DNA from: Takakia lepidozioides
Taxonomy: Eukaryota > Plantae > Bryophyta
DNA: 64,000 nt
Direction: 5' to 3'
Assembly: GCA_030704615.1 (NCBI GenBank)
Contig: CM060731.1
Coordinates: 7,440,001-7,504,000 of the forward strand
In this document: piece by piece, positions 12,145 to 25,900 of the stretch
Layout: each line of letters begins with the position of its first letter
Numbering within the stretch: position 1 is the stretch's first letter
Notes under the pieces: generated by a model
Databases searched by the model: none
What the model was told of the DNA's origin: nothing
The model's input: only the letters and a program-made list of their open reading frames with translations
Position numbers and translations under genes: made by a program

Positions 12145-13330
12145 GGGGCTGTGACGGGCTGTGAGGGCCTGTGAGGGCCTGTGCTGGTGGCCTTTGGGGC
12201 TGTGACGGGCTGTGAGAGGCTGTGAGAGGCTATGCCCATGGCCTTTGGGGCTGTGATGGGCTGTGAGGGGCTGTGACAAGCCGTGCCTGAGGCCTTTGGG
12301 GTTGTGAGGGGCTGTGTCAGGCCGTGCCTGAGGCCTTTGGGGCTGTGAGGGGCTGTGACAGGCTGTGCCCTGTGGCCTGTGGGGCTGTGATGGGCTGTGA
12401 CAGGCGGTGGCGAGCTGTGATGGGCTGTGATGGGCTGTGACAGGCTGTGGCGGGCTGTGACAGGCTATGCCCAGTGGCCTGTGGGGCTGTGACGGGCTGT
12501 GCGGGGCTGTGTGACAGGCTGTGCCTTGTGGCTTGTGGGGCTGTGACGGCCTGTGACAGGCTGTGGCGAACTGTGACAGGCTGTGATGGGCTGTGGCAGG
12601 CTGTGACAGGCTGTGCCTTGCGGCCTGTGGGGCTGTGACGGGCTGTGACAGGTTGTGGCGAGCTGTGACGGGCTATGAGGGACTGTGACAAGCTGTGCCC
12701 AGTGGCGTGTGGGGCTGTGACGGGCTATGAGGGGCCGTGACAGGCTGTGCCCTGTGCCCTGTGGGGCTGTGACGGGATGTGATGGGATGTGACAGGCTGT
12801 GATGGGCTGTGATGGGCTGTGGCGAGCTGTGACAGGCTGTGCCATGCGGCCTGTGGGGCTGTGATGGGCTATAAGGGGCTGTGACAGGCTGTGGTGAGCT
12901 GTGGCGAGCTATGATGGGCTGTGAGGGGCTGTGACAGGCTGTGGCCTGTGGCCTGTGGGCTGTGAAGGGCTGTGAGGGGCTGTGCCCAGTGGCCTGTGGG
13001 GCTGTGAGGGGCTGTGAGGGGCTGTGGCCTTTGGGGCTGTGACCCCTGTGACCTGTGTTGGGCTGTGACAGGCTGTGCCCTGTGGCCTATGGGGCTGTGA
13101 TAGGTTGTGGCCTTTGGGGCTGTGACCCTGTGACCTTTGTAGGGCTGTGATAGGCTGTGCCTGTGGCCTTTGGGGTTGTGATGGGCTGTGACAGGCTGCG
13201 GCCTGTGGGGCTATGACCCAGTGACCTGTGTAGGGCTGTGACAGGCTGTGGCCTGTGAGCTATGTGGGCCTGTGCTGGTCTGTGGTGGCCCGTGTTGACC
13301 TGTGGACGGCCTGTGCTGACTCGTGGAGGC
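12145..13330. repeat. Degenerate ~10-bp minisatellite (GGCTGTGA-NN) in the retroelement 5'UTR
   Basis: Roughly 1.2 kb of repeated GGCTGTGACG / GGCTGTGAGG / GGCCTGTG units. Confidence 0.95.
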
Positions 13331-13989
13331 ACTGGTGGACTGCCTAAGGACTGGCATGTGGTCTTGAAGGCCGAATTTTGAAGCTCGTGGAGAGCAGTTT
13401 GAGGAGTATCTTCATGATATTCCCATGGTCATGGAAGTGAGGGAAGAGATGAGAGGAAGAGTGTTGGGATGAGGGCATGCTGGGGTTAGGCATTGCTTTA
13501 GCTTCTCTTCCTCGTAGTTTCCACCCTCTCATTAGGCCAAGACCTTTCCGTAGGTGGAGGCAAGAGTCAGTCCGGGTTTGGGCTGGGGTGTCCTTGCAGG
13601 AGCAACACCATGGAGTTGTTTTTGGTGTGGGGGAGTTGTCGTTCTGATTTCTTGTGTTTGGATCCCCTCCATACCTGCATGCTTGACTGTGCGCCATGCT
13701 AGTTTTGTGTGGGCGCTTGTTTTTATAGGTGATTGGTCCGGATTTGATCACCGGCCAGTCCTAGAGCATGCTGTCGATGGTGAGGCTGGGGTGATGACCA
13801 GCCAGACCATCATTGTTTCTCCTGTGGTGAGGTTGGAGGTGATGACTAGCCAACCATAGGAGTGCTTGCGGTGGATGCAAGTACAGGTGTAGGCTATGTT
13901 AGGAACTTAGTATTCCAAACCCTAAGCCGCAACAGGTTCTCTACCCGGTTACCTTGTGGAGAGGGGGTTAGGGACATGTTCATGACCGG

Positions 13990-16743
13990 TTGAGTGTCAA
14001 CACGGAGGTGCCACTAGTTGCTAGGGACAGTGCCGGTTCGAGCACTAGCGATACTAGTGGGTACACGAGACGAGGTGTGCGGTTTAGGCCACCTTCACCT
14101 CCTGTGTCTTCTACGGAAGGTTCTTATTCGGATTGTGAATCAGGAGGACTTATACCGGCGGTGCAAGTTGTTTCTTTGCCATTGTTGTGGGACACAATGG
14201 AGGAGATGTATGGAGCTACCAAGGGGCCACGAAGGTACTCTGGGGCGGTGGGCACCATCGAGTTGGATGATTTTATCCAAGAGTTTGATAGTTGGTGTGA
14301 TTTGCAGCAAATGCGCAATCCACAACTATTTACACCTTTCATGGCATGGAAGGGGCTGTTTCAGCACCTTGAAGGGCCGCCTATGGATGATTACCATGAG
14401 TTCAAGCGGGGGCATGAGGTTGAGATCGAGAGTGGAGGATGTACTGGTCACCTGACTATGTCTCCATCATTAGGGGCACTAGAGCCACGAGGGCAGTGGC
14501 TACACCTGCCGCTGCACCGGCAGCTTCAGCAAGTAGCAGTGGGACTAGTGGGACTGGTGGTACAGTAGCTACGACGTCCACCCAAGCCACTACCGCACCA
14601 GCACTAGTACCCGTGCCTGCCTTCAACCCTGTTGTGGAGTTATTCGAAGAGTTGAGAGGGAACTACCAAGGGGTGAGGACAGAGAAGTTACGGAGCTTGC
14701 AAGAGTTCCAACGGAAGCCGACCGAGAGCTTGAGGGAGGCTTTCACTCGCATGAGGTGCTTGATAAATGTAACCCAAGGGGTTACGGAATCTCAGGCAGT
14801 CCAATTCTGGTATGGGATATTGGACAAGGAGCTGAGGAGAAGGGTGCGGGATGCAACTCTCCTACAAGCGGCCCAAACCCACCTTAGCAAATGTATTTTG
14901 CTGGCAGAGCGGATAGAGCTCAACATGGTGGAGGAACGAGTGGTCATGGTGGGATTTGCTTAGGAGACACCACGGGGGTAGTGGTGCTCCTAGCCAACCA
15001 CTACCTCAACGTGCTCAAGGCAACAAGGGGGCTCAGGTGAAGCTCAGGGAAGGGCAGAGAGGACCTCAGATGCAGGGGTCTCTCCCTTCATTTGCTGGCC
15101 AACAACAGGCGGATGTGGTGTGCTGGACATGTGGAGGACCCCATGTCAAGAAGGATTGCCCAGAGGGAGGCAAAGGGCCGGCACATGCACAGCCTGCACA
15201 GTTGCAGTGTGGGCATTGTGGCAAGCACGGGCATGGAGAGGCCCAGTGTTATGGTTTGCATCCTGAGTTGCACCCAAGCCAGTTCCAAGGGAACAATGGT
15301 GGCCGGGGGCGAGGTGGAGCAGCCCAGAGAGGACGAGGTGGCCAGCCACGAGGTGCAGGCCAAGGGCAAGCTCAACATGGCCAATGACGCGGAGGTCAGG
15401 GTGTTGACCAAGGCATGGCCAACCGGCTTCAGCAGCTAGAGCAGAGGCTCGCTGCCATGGCTACAGCTCAGGTGGTACCGGCTCTAAGGCCGGATGGTCC
15501 ACCTCCTGCTCCTGAGGGAGGAGATATGGGAGGCATGGGATTCATGTGTGGAGCAGCACTACCACTAGTGCAGGTGGAGTCTGCTACAGCCGTGACTCGA
15601 GGAGCAACATGAGTTCCTGAGCCACGAGGTGCAGAGGTGGAGTTGGATCCACAGCGTGGGGAGGCAAGCCGTCAGGCGAGGCTTCCTCAGTCATTCACAT
15701 TGGCGGAGACAGTGTCGACGCCATCCATGGCACCTAGTTCTCGCCCGACTATTACGAGGCGGAGGTTACTATGTCATTGGGGAGAGCTACACGGGTAGCA
15801 CCACTACCTAGTGTTGCCAAGGCTACGGCAGCTAGTGTGCTGCTAGGAGCGGCCACATCTGTGTGCCAGGCTCCATTGTTCTTGGCTACCATGATTGCGA
15901 CGCCGGGGGTAAGACCAGCTGAGGTGTTCAGGCTGGCAGCTACACTCTGTGAGAGTGGGGAGGTTACTTCATCTTCTGCGGAGATAGTGGGAGGTGTAGT
16001 GCCGGAGGGATCCTCGGATTTGAGGGTCAAGATTGCCATGGCGGCGCCATGGCAAGCTGCAGCTGCCAGGTTGATGGAGCTGCCAGCTAGGCCAGCCATT
16101 GAGCGCGCCATGGTGACACCTGGAGTTGTCATGTTAGACAACCAGGATGACATTTTCTATTTGAGTGGACCGGCAGGCAAGAGGTACCGACCACTGCGGG
16201 TCTTGTTGGACTCGGGAGCTCAGCCATTGATGCTGGACAGAGCTACTATTGCAGGCTTGGGCCTCACGGAGGCGGATATGGAGCCTTGTCCTTTCCAGAT
16301 ACAGACGTCTCTGGGAGGATTGGAGCAGGCTCGGGGCATGACACGGCGTGAGTTGGCTATCAGACTATGGCCGGATCACCCTACAGATGGCTCAATGATG
16401 CGAGCCAAGGCCATTGTAATAGACGCGGTCTCATACGATGTCCTGGCTGGTGGGCAGAGTGTTGTACCCCATGGGCTTCACCCTGGATTTTTGGGAGGAG
16501 TCAGCTTCCTATAGGCCTGCATGGCAGTCAGGGGAGGGCCGACATGTGCAGCTCCATGTGACGTTCATAGGAGGAGTTGCGGTTGCCCAGCGAGGCAAGA
16601 TGCCGACACTAGCAGCATTCACAGCGGCAGTGAGTTGGCCTAGAGAGTTGCTTGAGGGCAACGCTCATTCAGAGGATGTGCCACCTCCGGGAGAGCAGGA
16701 TGACATGTATGGTATGGCGGAGTTGCCTACCATGGTTGCTTAG
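13990..16743 (+). pseudogene. gag (two zinc knuckles) plus aspartic protease, frameshifted
   Basis: PRRYSG...DDFIQEF; FQRKPTESLREAFTRM; CWTCGGPHVKKDC and CGHCGKHGHGEAQC; protease motif VLLDSGA. Confidence 0.9.
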
Positions 16744-16920
16744 ACTCCATTGTGGGGCACGAGCAAGGATTTGCAGCGGGATGCTGATCAACGGGTGCAA
16801 CAAGCCTGGGTGGAGGCTTTTGTACCATCAGGAGAGGAGGAGAGTGCGGGGATTGCACCAGGACCACCTCAGTTGTCTCCATTGGACACCACACCTATTG
16901 TGTGGCAGTATCCGGATGAA

Positions 16921-17875
16921 GGCATTTGTCTTCTGGACTTGTTTGGCGGGATCAGCACCGGATTGGCTGTTGTGTTACAGGCAGGTGTACGAGTTTGGCG
17001 TTACCTGTATGTGGAGAGGGATGAGACTGCACAACTCATTTCACTTCGCCATATTGCTCAGTTGGTGCAGCGGTACCCTGAGTTGTTGCCGGTGTCTGCA
17101 GTTCGTGGATATCAGCAGGCCTTGCCAGCAGACATTTCGTTGCTGGGGGCGCAGGATTTGGAGCGGGTTGGCTCCATTGATCTGGTAGTGGCAGGATGGC
17201 CCTGCCAAGGGCATTCATCAGCTGGGTATGGCAATGGATTGCAAGACTCGAGGTCGGGTCTGTTTTGGGAGATGGTGCGGGTTTTGCGCCACTTGCAGAT
17301 TCATCAAGCTGTATCTCCAGCATACATCTTGGAGAATGTGCCACTGATGGGCGATTCTCGGGCCAGGGTGATGGCCAGTGTGCATCAAGTCCAGTCGTGG
17401 CTTGGGTCAGCAGTGTTGCTAGATGCAGCTACAGTGGGGTCATGGGCTCATCGTCCACGGCTATGGTGGACTAACTTGATGCCACCCGCACTGCTCAAGC
17501 GTGCATTTGATGGGTGGCAGCGGCCAGCACATCTCACAGTGGATAGCATTCTGGACACAGGGAGGCAGTCTCAGCGTGTGAGACACGATGACCGTTCGCC
17601 TTTGGCAGTGGTCAACAAGGTGGGTCAACCACGAGCAGCATTACCTACACTGCTAAGTTTCCCAGGATCGCATGCTTTCAGGGATAGTGGACCTGGCCTC
17701 TTGTGGGATGCTCAGTTGCAGCAGTTAGTGGAGCCTAATGCTAACAAGCGTGAGTGGACAATGGGTTTTACCACTGGTACCACAGCGGTGTTGTCTCTTT
17801 CTGAGGCATCACGTTGTCAAGTGTTGGGGCAAGCAATGGATCTCAATTGCTTGACCTGGATTATCAGCTTGGCTA
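16921..17875 (+). CDS. DNMT3-like C5 cytosine methyltransferase domain inside the retrotransposon polyprotein (uninterrupted frame)
   Basis: Motif I LDLFGG, II YVE, IV AGWPCQ (PCQ at 17200-17208), VI ILENV, VIII AHRPRLWWTNL, IX/X MGF...LGQAM. Confidence 0.93.
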
Positions 17876-18259
17876 TGGTGAGCAACGCAGAGTGCGGAGA
17901 GTACACTTCCCTCGATGGTCTCTCTGCCTACCGAGACGGTACAGGCAGTGAGGTGGGGGTGAGCATGTGAGGACCACGGGGTGCATGCATCTGGCACACG
18001 TGGGAGGTGCTCGAGGTTCAGAGGGGAGTTGGCAGCCAAGGTGGCGATGAAAGATGAGGTTGGGGATTTTCTCGGGTGGAGGAAAGTCCTTGAGGATGAG
18101 ATGATGGGCAAGATGAGGCCTTGTCACTGACTGAGCAGGTAGGGAGTACTGCTCAAGAGGTTGCAACATAGCAACCACTGGACGCGTCCTCGACCTCTAA
18201 GCCCACTGGACTTAGGGTTGCAGTTACGGAGGACAATTGGGAGCCTGACATTGGACCCA

Positions 18260-19993
18260 TTGTCACCGGAGGAGAGAGACGACGTATACGGCAGTTCCTG
18301 AGGGCTTATAGGAATTGCTTGCCTTCAGTTTGAAGGACTTGGGACACGGAAGGGTCAAGAGATCCATATTGAGTTGGCCACTGACACGCCAATCTTTCGG
18401 AGACCCTATAGATACAGTGACATGGAGGGGTCTTTGATTCAGATGAGGACTCAAGATCTCTGGGAGGCTGGTTTGGTGGAGCTCTTGATGGAGAGTATGC
18501 TTCAGCCACAGTGATGCCAGCCAAGAAGGATGTCTATGGCAATGGACGGAGAGACGTATGTGCGGTGATTACCGGCCTGTAAATCGTCAGACCAAGTCGA
18601 TAAGTATGCCATGCCAACAAGAGGAGATCTTTGATGCCATCGGGCATGCTAAGGTCTTTAGCACTTTGGATTTACGATCGGATGTTACCAGTTGCCAATC
18701 AAGGAGGCGGAACAAGCAGAAGACGGCATTCTGGGGGATCAATGAGCATGTCAAGGATTGCCTATATCAGTGGCCGGTTCTTACCATGTGGGCTTCTTTA
18801 AGAATGCTCCTGCAGAGTTCAAAGAGGTCATGGATAGGACTAGCAGGGGTGTGGACTTTGCTCGGTGCTACATAGATGACACATCATCATCTTTAGTGTT
18901 ACGATGGAGGAGCTGGAGAGACACTTCAGGTGGTTATTGGAGCGCTTAAGAAGCGACGGATTGAAGTTGCATCCGGGGAAGTGCAAGTTTTTCCACAACC
19001 AGATTGGTATCTGTCACCTGATATATCCTAGAGGATTGGGGGTATACAGCAGACTAAGGTAGAGGCCATTGCCAAATTCCACGCCCCACGGATGTGAGCC
19101 GAGTTCGAGCTTTCATGGGGTTGGCCAATACTAGTGACGGATTGTCAAGGGATTTAGTACCATTGCAAAGGCTCTAACCAAGCTGACCAAGGTGGACCAG
19201 AGTGGCAGTGGGAAGATGAGCAGAGGAACGCGCTTTTCAAGAGCTCAGGGCAGGTTGACCTCGGCGCCTATCCTGAGACGACCTATCAGGGCGCGTCCCT
19301 TTCAGCTGCATACGGATTGGAGCATGATGGGGCTTGGAGCGGTCCTCACCAGGTGGATGATGAGGGAAGAGAGTTGTAGTGGCTTATGCTAGCCGCTTCG
19401 AACAACGCTGCAGAGGCTAAGTACAGCTCATATGAGGGAGAATGCTTAGCTGCAATGTGGGCCGTGGCACACTTCAGGTGCTATCTATACGGCAATCTTT
19501 TCACCCTTGTCATGGCTCACCAACCACTCAAGTGGTTGATGGAGTCAGACAAGCTTACGGGGAAGCTTGCACGGTGGGCACTCATACTCCGGAGTATGAC
19601 GTTCAGGTTGTGCATCGACCGGGTTTGGTCAATCGGGATGCGGATGGATTGAGTCGCAATCCATGCATGAGCCAGCAGGATGACACTGGAGCTCGGTGGC
19701 ATGGTGAGATAGACAAGGAGATGGTGCAGGGATGGCACGCATCTGCATTTTTGTGTATCTTGGCATCGGGAGGTCAGGTTGGACCTACAACATGGATGGC
19801 TGTAGACGGAGGACCCTGAGGCTATCGATGAGCCAGGTGGTGCCAGAGATATACATGAGGATTCGGCTGTGTTGGACTGCATCCGCACGGGAGACACGGC
19901 AGCCACTGTGACTGCCAGGGAGAGGGATCGGATCCTGCAACGAGCCAGAGGTTCAAGTGGGAGGGGATACACCTACTTCGAGTGTGGGAGGAT
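18260..19993 (+). pseudogene. RT, RNase H and integrase N-terminus, heavily frameshifted
   Basis: RMCGDYRPVN, FSTLDL, KTAF, NAPAEF, YIDD, LHTDWS, YSSYEGECLA, HQPLKWL, NRDADGLSR. Confidence 0.9.
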
Positions 19994-20999
19994 ATTGGGA
20001 ATTCATTTGGTTCCATGTGCCAAGTGAGGTGAAGAACCTCACTTGGGACGTGGGGAGTCCACGTGAGACATAGGCAGGCTCATCTTCTTCTAGTCGAGCC
20101 TCTCGAGGCCTTTTTCGCCGCCATAGCTCTAGTACTTGAGATGGAGAGTGGGTGAGATCTGTATGGTGGAGTCCTTTAGCAAAGGTGCCATTGGCTTGAC
20201 TTATATAACGTGATAGAGTGGGTTCACCTCTTGTCACCATTTCCGTATCACTAGAAGAAGACCTGACTGACATCGATGGTGCAAGGTGTTAGAATAGTGA
20301 GAATTGTGTGGAGGAGAGCTTGATAGATAGCTCTTAAGTTAAAAGGTGATGCAGGGTTTGTAAGAAGAAAGTCTTGTGGTGTGTATGTACAAGAAGAGGT
20401 CTTCAAGGAGAGCCCCATTGAAAAGTTTGAGAGCTTGTGAAAAAAACTCTTTGTTCTGCAAGTGTTGCAGGGTTTGAGGAGTTCAAGAAGAGCTGGGTGT
20501 TGTTAAGGAAGCAAGCGGTGCATGTGTGGAGCATGGTTTCAGCTTGTGGGAGTCTTCAACTTCAAGCTTACAAGAGCTATGAGTAGAGGTAGACATCTGA
20601 TTTCTCTTTGGGGCAGAATAGTGTATTTGTAGAGCATGCTTTGAGTTGGGGTTTCAATCCCAAGCTTGGGAAGAGCATGTCTATGGAAGTGGCAAGTGCA
20701 GGGCTGGATTAGGAGCTCTAAGAGGTGCACTATGGCCATGGAAGGAAACACTATGAGTGCATGCAATGGCTAGAAGAGGGTATGCCATAGAAAGCTCAAT
20801 AGCTTGTTCTATGCTTGTTTCAATAAGTTCCATAGAGAAAGAGAGCTTGTTGTGTGGCAAATAGCTTACTCAGGGAGTTAGAGGCACTCTTGGTGGTCTA
20901 TTGATGCTCAAGAAACCAAGAACAACACCTCTGGTTGCTCCATAGAAGCCATAGCTTGTTGCAGCAATCGCAGAGGCAAAGCGGCGCAAACCCTAGCTT

Positions 21000-22150
21000 G
21001 GGACCGCGTGGGAACGCTTGGAAACGCGTGTGAACTCCTTGGGAACTCCTTGGGAACTCGTGGGAACGCATGGGAACGCATAGGAACATTGCCCCAGAGT
21101 TGGGAGCACCACCATTGTCCCATCGGATGAACTATTGAGCCAGTGGATGAAAATCAGAGCTTCTGGATGAGAATCGGTTGCAGTGGATGAAATATTGTCA
21201 ACGGATGAACTATCGTGCTTGGATGAAACTGCGCACAGCGGATGAAATCTCATCAGCGGATGAACTATCGCACTATCGGATGAAAAATTGTGGTGACGGA
21301 TGAAACTGCGTTAGTGGATGAACTATCGTGCCATTGGATGAAAAATCACGGCGACGGATGAAATATCGCACCGACGGAGACCTGTGGATGAGAAATCGTG
21401 GTTTTGGATGAAATTTGGTTAGTGACGGATGAAAAATCGACTGACTGTGGATATTTTTGGAGCATGTTGGGGGCTTGTTTGAGGACTATTTGGGGTCTAC
21501 TGAGGCCAATATCTAACAGGTATTGGGGCCTGTTTGAGGACTATTTGGGGTCTATTGAGGCCAATATCTAACAGGTATTGGGGCCTGCTTTGGGGTCTAT
21601 TGAGGCCAATATCTTGCAGGTATTGGGGTCTGTTTTGAGGACTATTGGGGGTCTATTGAAGCCAATATCTTGCAGGCTTGTGGAGCCTGCTTGGGGCTGT
21701 TTGAAGGACTATTTGGGGTCCTTTGAGGCCAATGTTTTGCAAGCCTGTGGAGCCTTGTGAGGGCTGGTTGGAGGACGATTGGAGGTCCTTGGAGTCCCAT
21801 ATTGGGCAGGCTTATGGAGTTTTCTAAGAGCTCTTTGGGGGACTATTGGAGGTCCTTGGGAGCAAATACTTGACAGATTTGAGGAGCTTCTTAAGGGCTG
21901 TTGGAGGACTGTTGGAGGTCCTTGGAGGCTAATACTTGGCAGATTTGAGGAGCTTCTTAAGGGCTGTTGGAGAACTGTTGGAGGTCCTTGGAGGCCAATA
22001 CTTGGCAGATTTGTAGAGCTTTTTAAGGGCTGTTTGGAGGACTCTTGGAGGTCTTTTGAGGTCATATTGGGCAGGCTTGTGGAGCCATTGTGAGGGCTGG
22101 TTGGAGACCTTGGAGGCCACTAATTGGCGGGCGCCTAGGGCCTTTTGGTG
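21000..22150. repeat. Stacked tandem repeats in the family B 5'UTR (GGGAAC[GT]C ~11 bp; GGATGAAA ~21 bp; ~40-60 bp GAGGCCAATA units)
   Basis: Directly visible repeats at 21000-21090, 21125-21450 and 21470-22150. Confidence 0.85.
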
Positions 22151-22902
22151 GACTGTTTGAAGTCCAAGTTTGCGAACTTCTTGAACCTCGGTGGGTCTAT
22201 GTTAGGGGCTGATTGAGGGCACATTTCAGAAGTTCATGGCAATAATTTGAGGGCTCTTGAGAGTTATTTGAGAGGTTCTTTAAGGATAGTCTTGTCTATT
22301 GCTCGAGCAAGAGTGAGTATGAAGATAGGGGGAGTAATGGGATGAGAGCATTCTGGGCTTAGATATTGCTTTAGCTTCCCTTCTCTATAGTCTTCCATTA
22401 TCTTTGTAGGCCAAAGCTTTTCCGTAAGCGGAGGCAGAGCTAGTTTGGAAAGAGACTTGGTCATCTTGCAGGTTTATTGGAGTAGCAAGGAGATCGATTG
22501 ATTTAAGTGTGGGAAGTGTTGTTGTTTGAGTTTTCTGTGTTTGGATCCTCCTCCCACACATGCATGCTTGACTGTGCGCCATGCTAGTTTGGTTTGGGCG
22601 CTTGCTTTTATAGGTGGTTGTGCCGGAAATATTGTGGCCGGCCAATTCTAGAGCATGCTGTCGGTGGTGAGGCTGGGGTGATAACCAGCAGACCATCATT
22701 GTTTCTCGTATGGTGAGGTTGGGTTGATGACCAGCAGACCATAGGAGTGCCTGGTGCAGGTGCAGGTGCAGGTGCAGGTTCAGGTTAGGAATATAGTATT
22801 CCAAACCATAAGCCGCAACAGGTTCTCTACCCAGCTACCTTGTGGAAAGAGGGATTAGAGACAAGTTGATAGTCGGTTTGAGTGTGAGTTTTCATCACGG
22901 AG

Positions 22903-25900
22903 GTGCCACCAGTTGCTGAGGAGAGTACCGGTACGAGCACCAGCGATACTAGTGGGTATACAAGACGAGGTGTGCGGTTTAGGCCAACTTCACCTTCAGT
23001 GTCTTCTAAGGAAGGTTCAGACTCGGAGGTAGGAGGATTCTCGCCGAGGGTACAAGCCATTTCCGTGCCATTGTTGTGGGATACGATGGAGGAAATGTAT
23101 GGAGCTACTAAGGGGCCACGTCGGTACTCTGGAGCTGTGGGCACCATCGAGCTTGATGATTTCATACAAGAGTTTGATAGTTGGTGTGATTTGCAGCAGA
23201 TGCACAATCCACAACTGTTTACGCCTTTTATGGCGTGGAAGGGGCTGTTTTAGCACCTTGAGGGGCCGCCTATGGATGACTATCATGAGTTTAGGCGGGG
23301 AAATGAGGTGGAGATTAAGGAGTAGCGATCCTGACTATGTCTCCATCACTAGAGGCACAAGGGCAACGGTGACACCAGCAGCGACACCAACATCCCCAAC
23401 TGCAAGCACTAGTAGTGGGACAAGTAAAGATGGAGCTGGGAAATCCACTCAAGCTCCTGCTGCAGCACCAGCACCCGTGCCTGACTTTAACCCAGTTGTG
23501 GAGTTCTTCGAGGAGTTGAAGAGAAACTACCAGGGGATAAAGACGGAGAAATTGCGGAGCTTGCAAGAGTTCCAGCGCAAGCCTACTGAGAGTTTGAGGG
23601 AGGCTTACACGCGCATGAGGCGATTGATAAATGTAACCCAAGGGGTTACGGAAGCTCAAGCAGTCCAATTCTGGTATGGGATATTGGACAAGGAGCTGAG
23701 GAGAAGGGTGCGAGATGCAACTCTCCTACAAGTGGACCAACCCACCTTAGCAAACGTGTTTTTGCTGGCAGAGCGGATAGAGCTCAATATGGTGGAGGAG
23801 TGAGTGGTCATGGTGGGGTTTGGTAAGGAGACACAACGAAGCGGGGCTCCTAGCCAACAACAACCACTACCCCAATGTGCTCAAGGCAACAAGGGGGCTC
23901 AGGTAAAGCCCAGGGAAGGACAGAGATGATCTCAATTGCAGAGGTCACTTCCTTCATTCTCAGGCCAACAATAGTCGGGTGACATGTTGGGATTGTGGAG
24001 GACCCCATGTTAAGAGAGATTGCCCGGAGAGAGGCAAAGGGCCGGCACAGGCACAGCCTATACAACTACAGTGTGGGCATTGTGGCAAGTATGGGCATGA
24101 AGAGGCCCATTGTTATGACTTGCATCCTGAGCTACGGCCAGGCCAGTTCCAAGGGAACAATGGTGACCGAGGACGTGACAATGTAGTCCAGAGAGGTAGA
24201 GGAGGCAGAGGTCGTGGTGGAGGTCGTAACCAAAACCAAGGAGCACAGGGTCAAGGTCAAGGTCATGACCAAAGCATGGTGGATAGGCTTGCCCAGCTAG
24301 AGCAACGTCTTGCTACCATGGCCACTACTCATGTTGCGCCAGCTCCAAGGCCTGAGGTTCAAGTCCCACCTGCACAACCTCCTATGCCTAGGGAAGACCA
24401 GATTGGTATGGGCTTCATGTGTGGAGCCGCACTTGCAGGACCATTGCATGTGGACTCTGTAGCTATTGTCACTCGAGCAGCAACGCGTGCTCCTGAGCCA
24501 AGAGGAGCACATGTGGATTTTGATCCACAAAGAGGGGAAGCAAGTCAACAGACAAGGCTTCCACAGTCTTTCACATTGGCTGAGACAGTGCCAACTACGC
24601 CATCGATGGTACCCGCTCGCCCAAGTGTGTCCGAGGTAGAGCCACGAGTGCCAGTGGGGAGAATTGGTGTGGTTCGGGAAATGCCAGTGGGTGGTGCTGC
24701 AAAGCAAGGTGCAGCCAGTACATTGTTGGGGGCGGCTACGGAAATTTGCCACGCTCCATTGTTTTCTGCCATGACCATTGCAATGCCGGGGATTCGGCCA
24801 GCTGTTGTGTTCAGACTAGCAGCTAGACTCTGTGAGAGTGGTGATGCATCGGCACTATCTGCGGGGATAGCGGATAGTGCATGGATGCCCTGGACTCAAG
24901 GGTGAAGACAGCCACAGCTGCACCATGGCAAGCGGCAGTTGCAAGGTTGCAGGAGTTGCCAGCTAGACCAGCCATTGAGCGTAGTATGGTGACTTCTGGG
25001 GTAGTCCTGGTGGACAATCAGGATGATATGTTTTAGTTGGGTGGCCCAGCCGGGAGGAGGTTTAGACCACTGCGGGTCTTGTTGGACTCGGGAGCACAGC
25101 CATTGATGTTGGGAAGAGCAGCAATTGCAGGCTTGGGCCTTACAAAGGCGGATTTGGAGCCTTGTCCTTTCCAAATTCAAACATCTTTGGGCGGTTCAGA
25201 GAAGACACGAGGGATTATACGCCATGAGCTCTTCATTTGATTACAGCCGGATCATCCTACGGACGGCTCAGTCATGAGAGCTAAAGCTAGTGTTACGGAC
25301 GCGATGTCCTATGATGTGTTTGTTGGTGGGGCGGTGTTATACCCCATGGGATTCACTCTGGACTTTTGGAAGGAAACGACATCCTACAGGCCGGAATGGC
25401 AGTCAGGAGATGGCCGACGTGCACTGCTCCCAGTGCGGTTTATTGGGAATGTAGCAGTGGATCATAGGAACATGATGCCCACATTGGCTGCATTCTCAGG
25501 GGTGGTGGCTTGGGGTGGTGAGCTCTTGGAGGGCAATAGCCATGCAAATGATAGGCCATCACCTGATGAGGACAAACAATTGGCATACAAGGCTGATTTG
25601 CTTCCTCATGTGCCTGTGCATATTCCACTGTGGGGTACGGTTGGGAATTTGCATCGAGTAGCAGGCGAGTGTGTGCACCAAGCATGGCAGGAGGCCTTTC
25701 CATTGATGAGTGAGGGGAGTTCAGTGACATCACCTGGACCTCCTGAGTTAGCTCCTTTGGACACAGTGCCCATTACCTGGCAACCATCTGACTCAGGGAT
25801 TTGTTTGCTAGACCTGTTTGGAGGCATGAATACTGGGCTTGCAGGAGTGTTGCAAGCAGGGATTAAAGTACGCAAGTACTTGTATGTGGAGAAGGATGAG

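Larger units (their letters stand above)
10250..19993 (+). mobile_element. Ty3/gypsy family A' element, 3'-truncated: B repeat (10250-10576), PBS, long 5'UTR, gag, PR, DNMT, RT, RH, start of IN
   Basis: Starts TGTCAAG directly after LINE DNA. Domain order is read from the ORFs. It breaks after LLRVWED, where family-B repeat sequence starts. Confidence 0.9.

Noticed and set aside
16921-17875. Host DNMT3/DRM gene or bacterial contamination
   Set aside because: The domain is intronless and flanked in the polyprotein by protease and RT in two independent copies.
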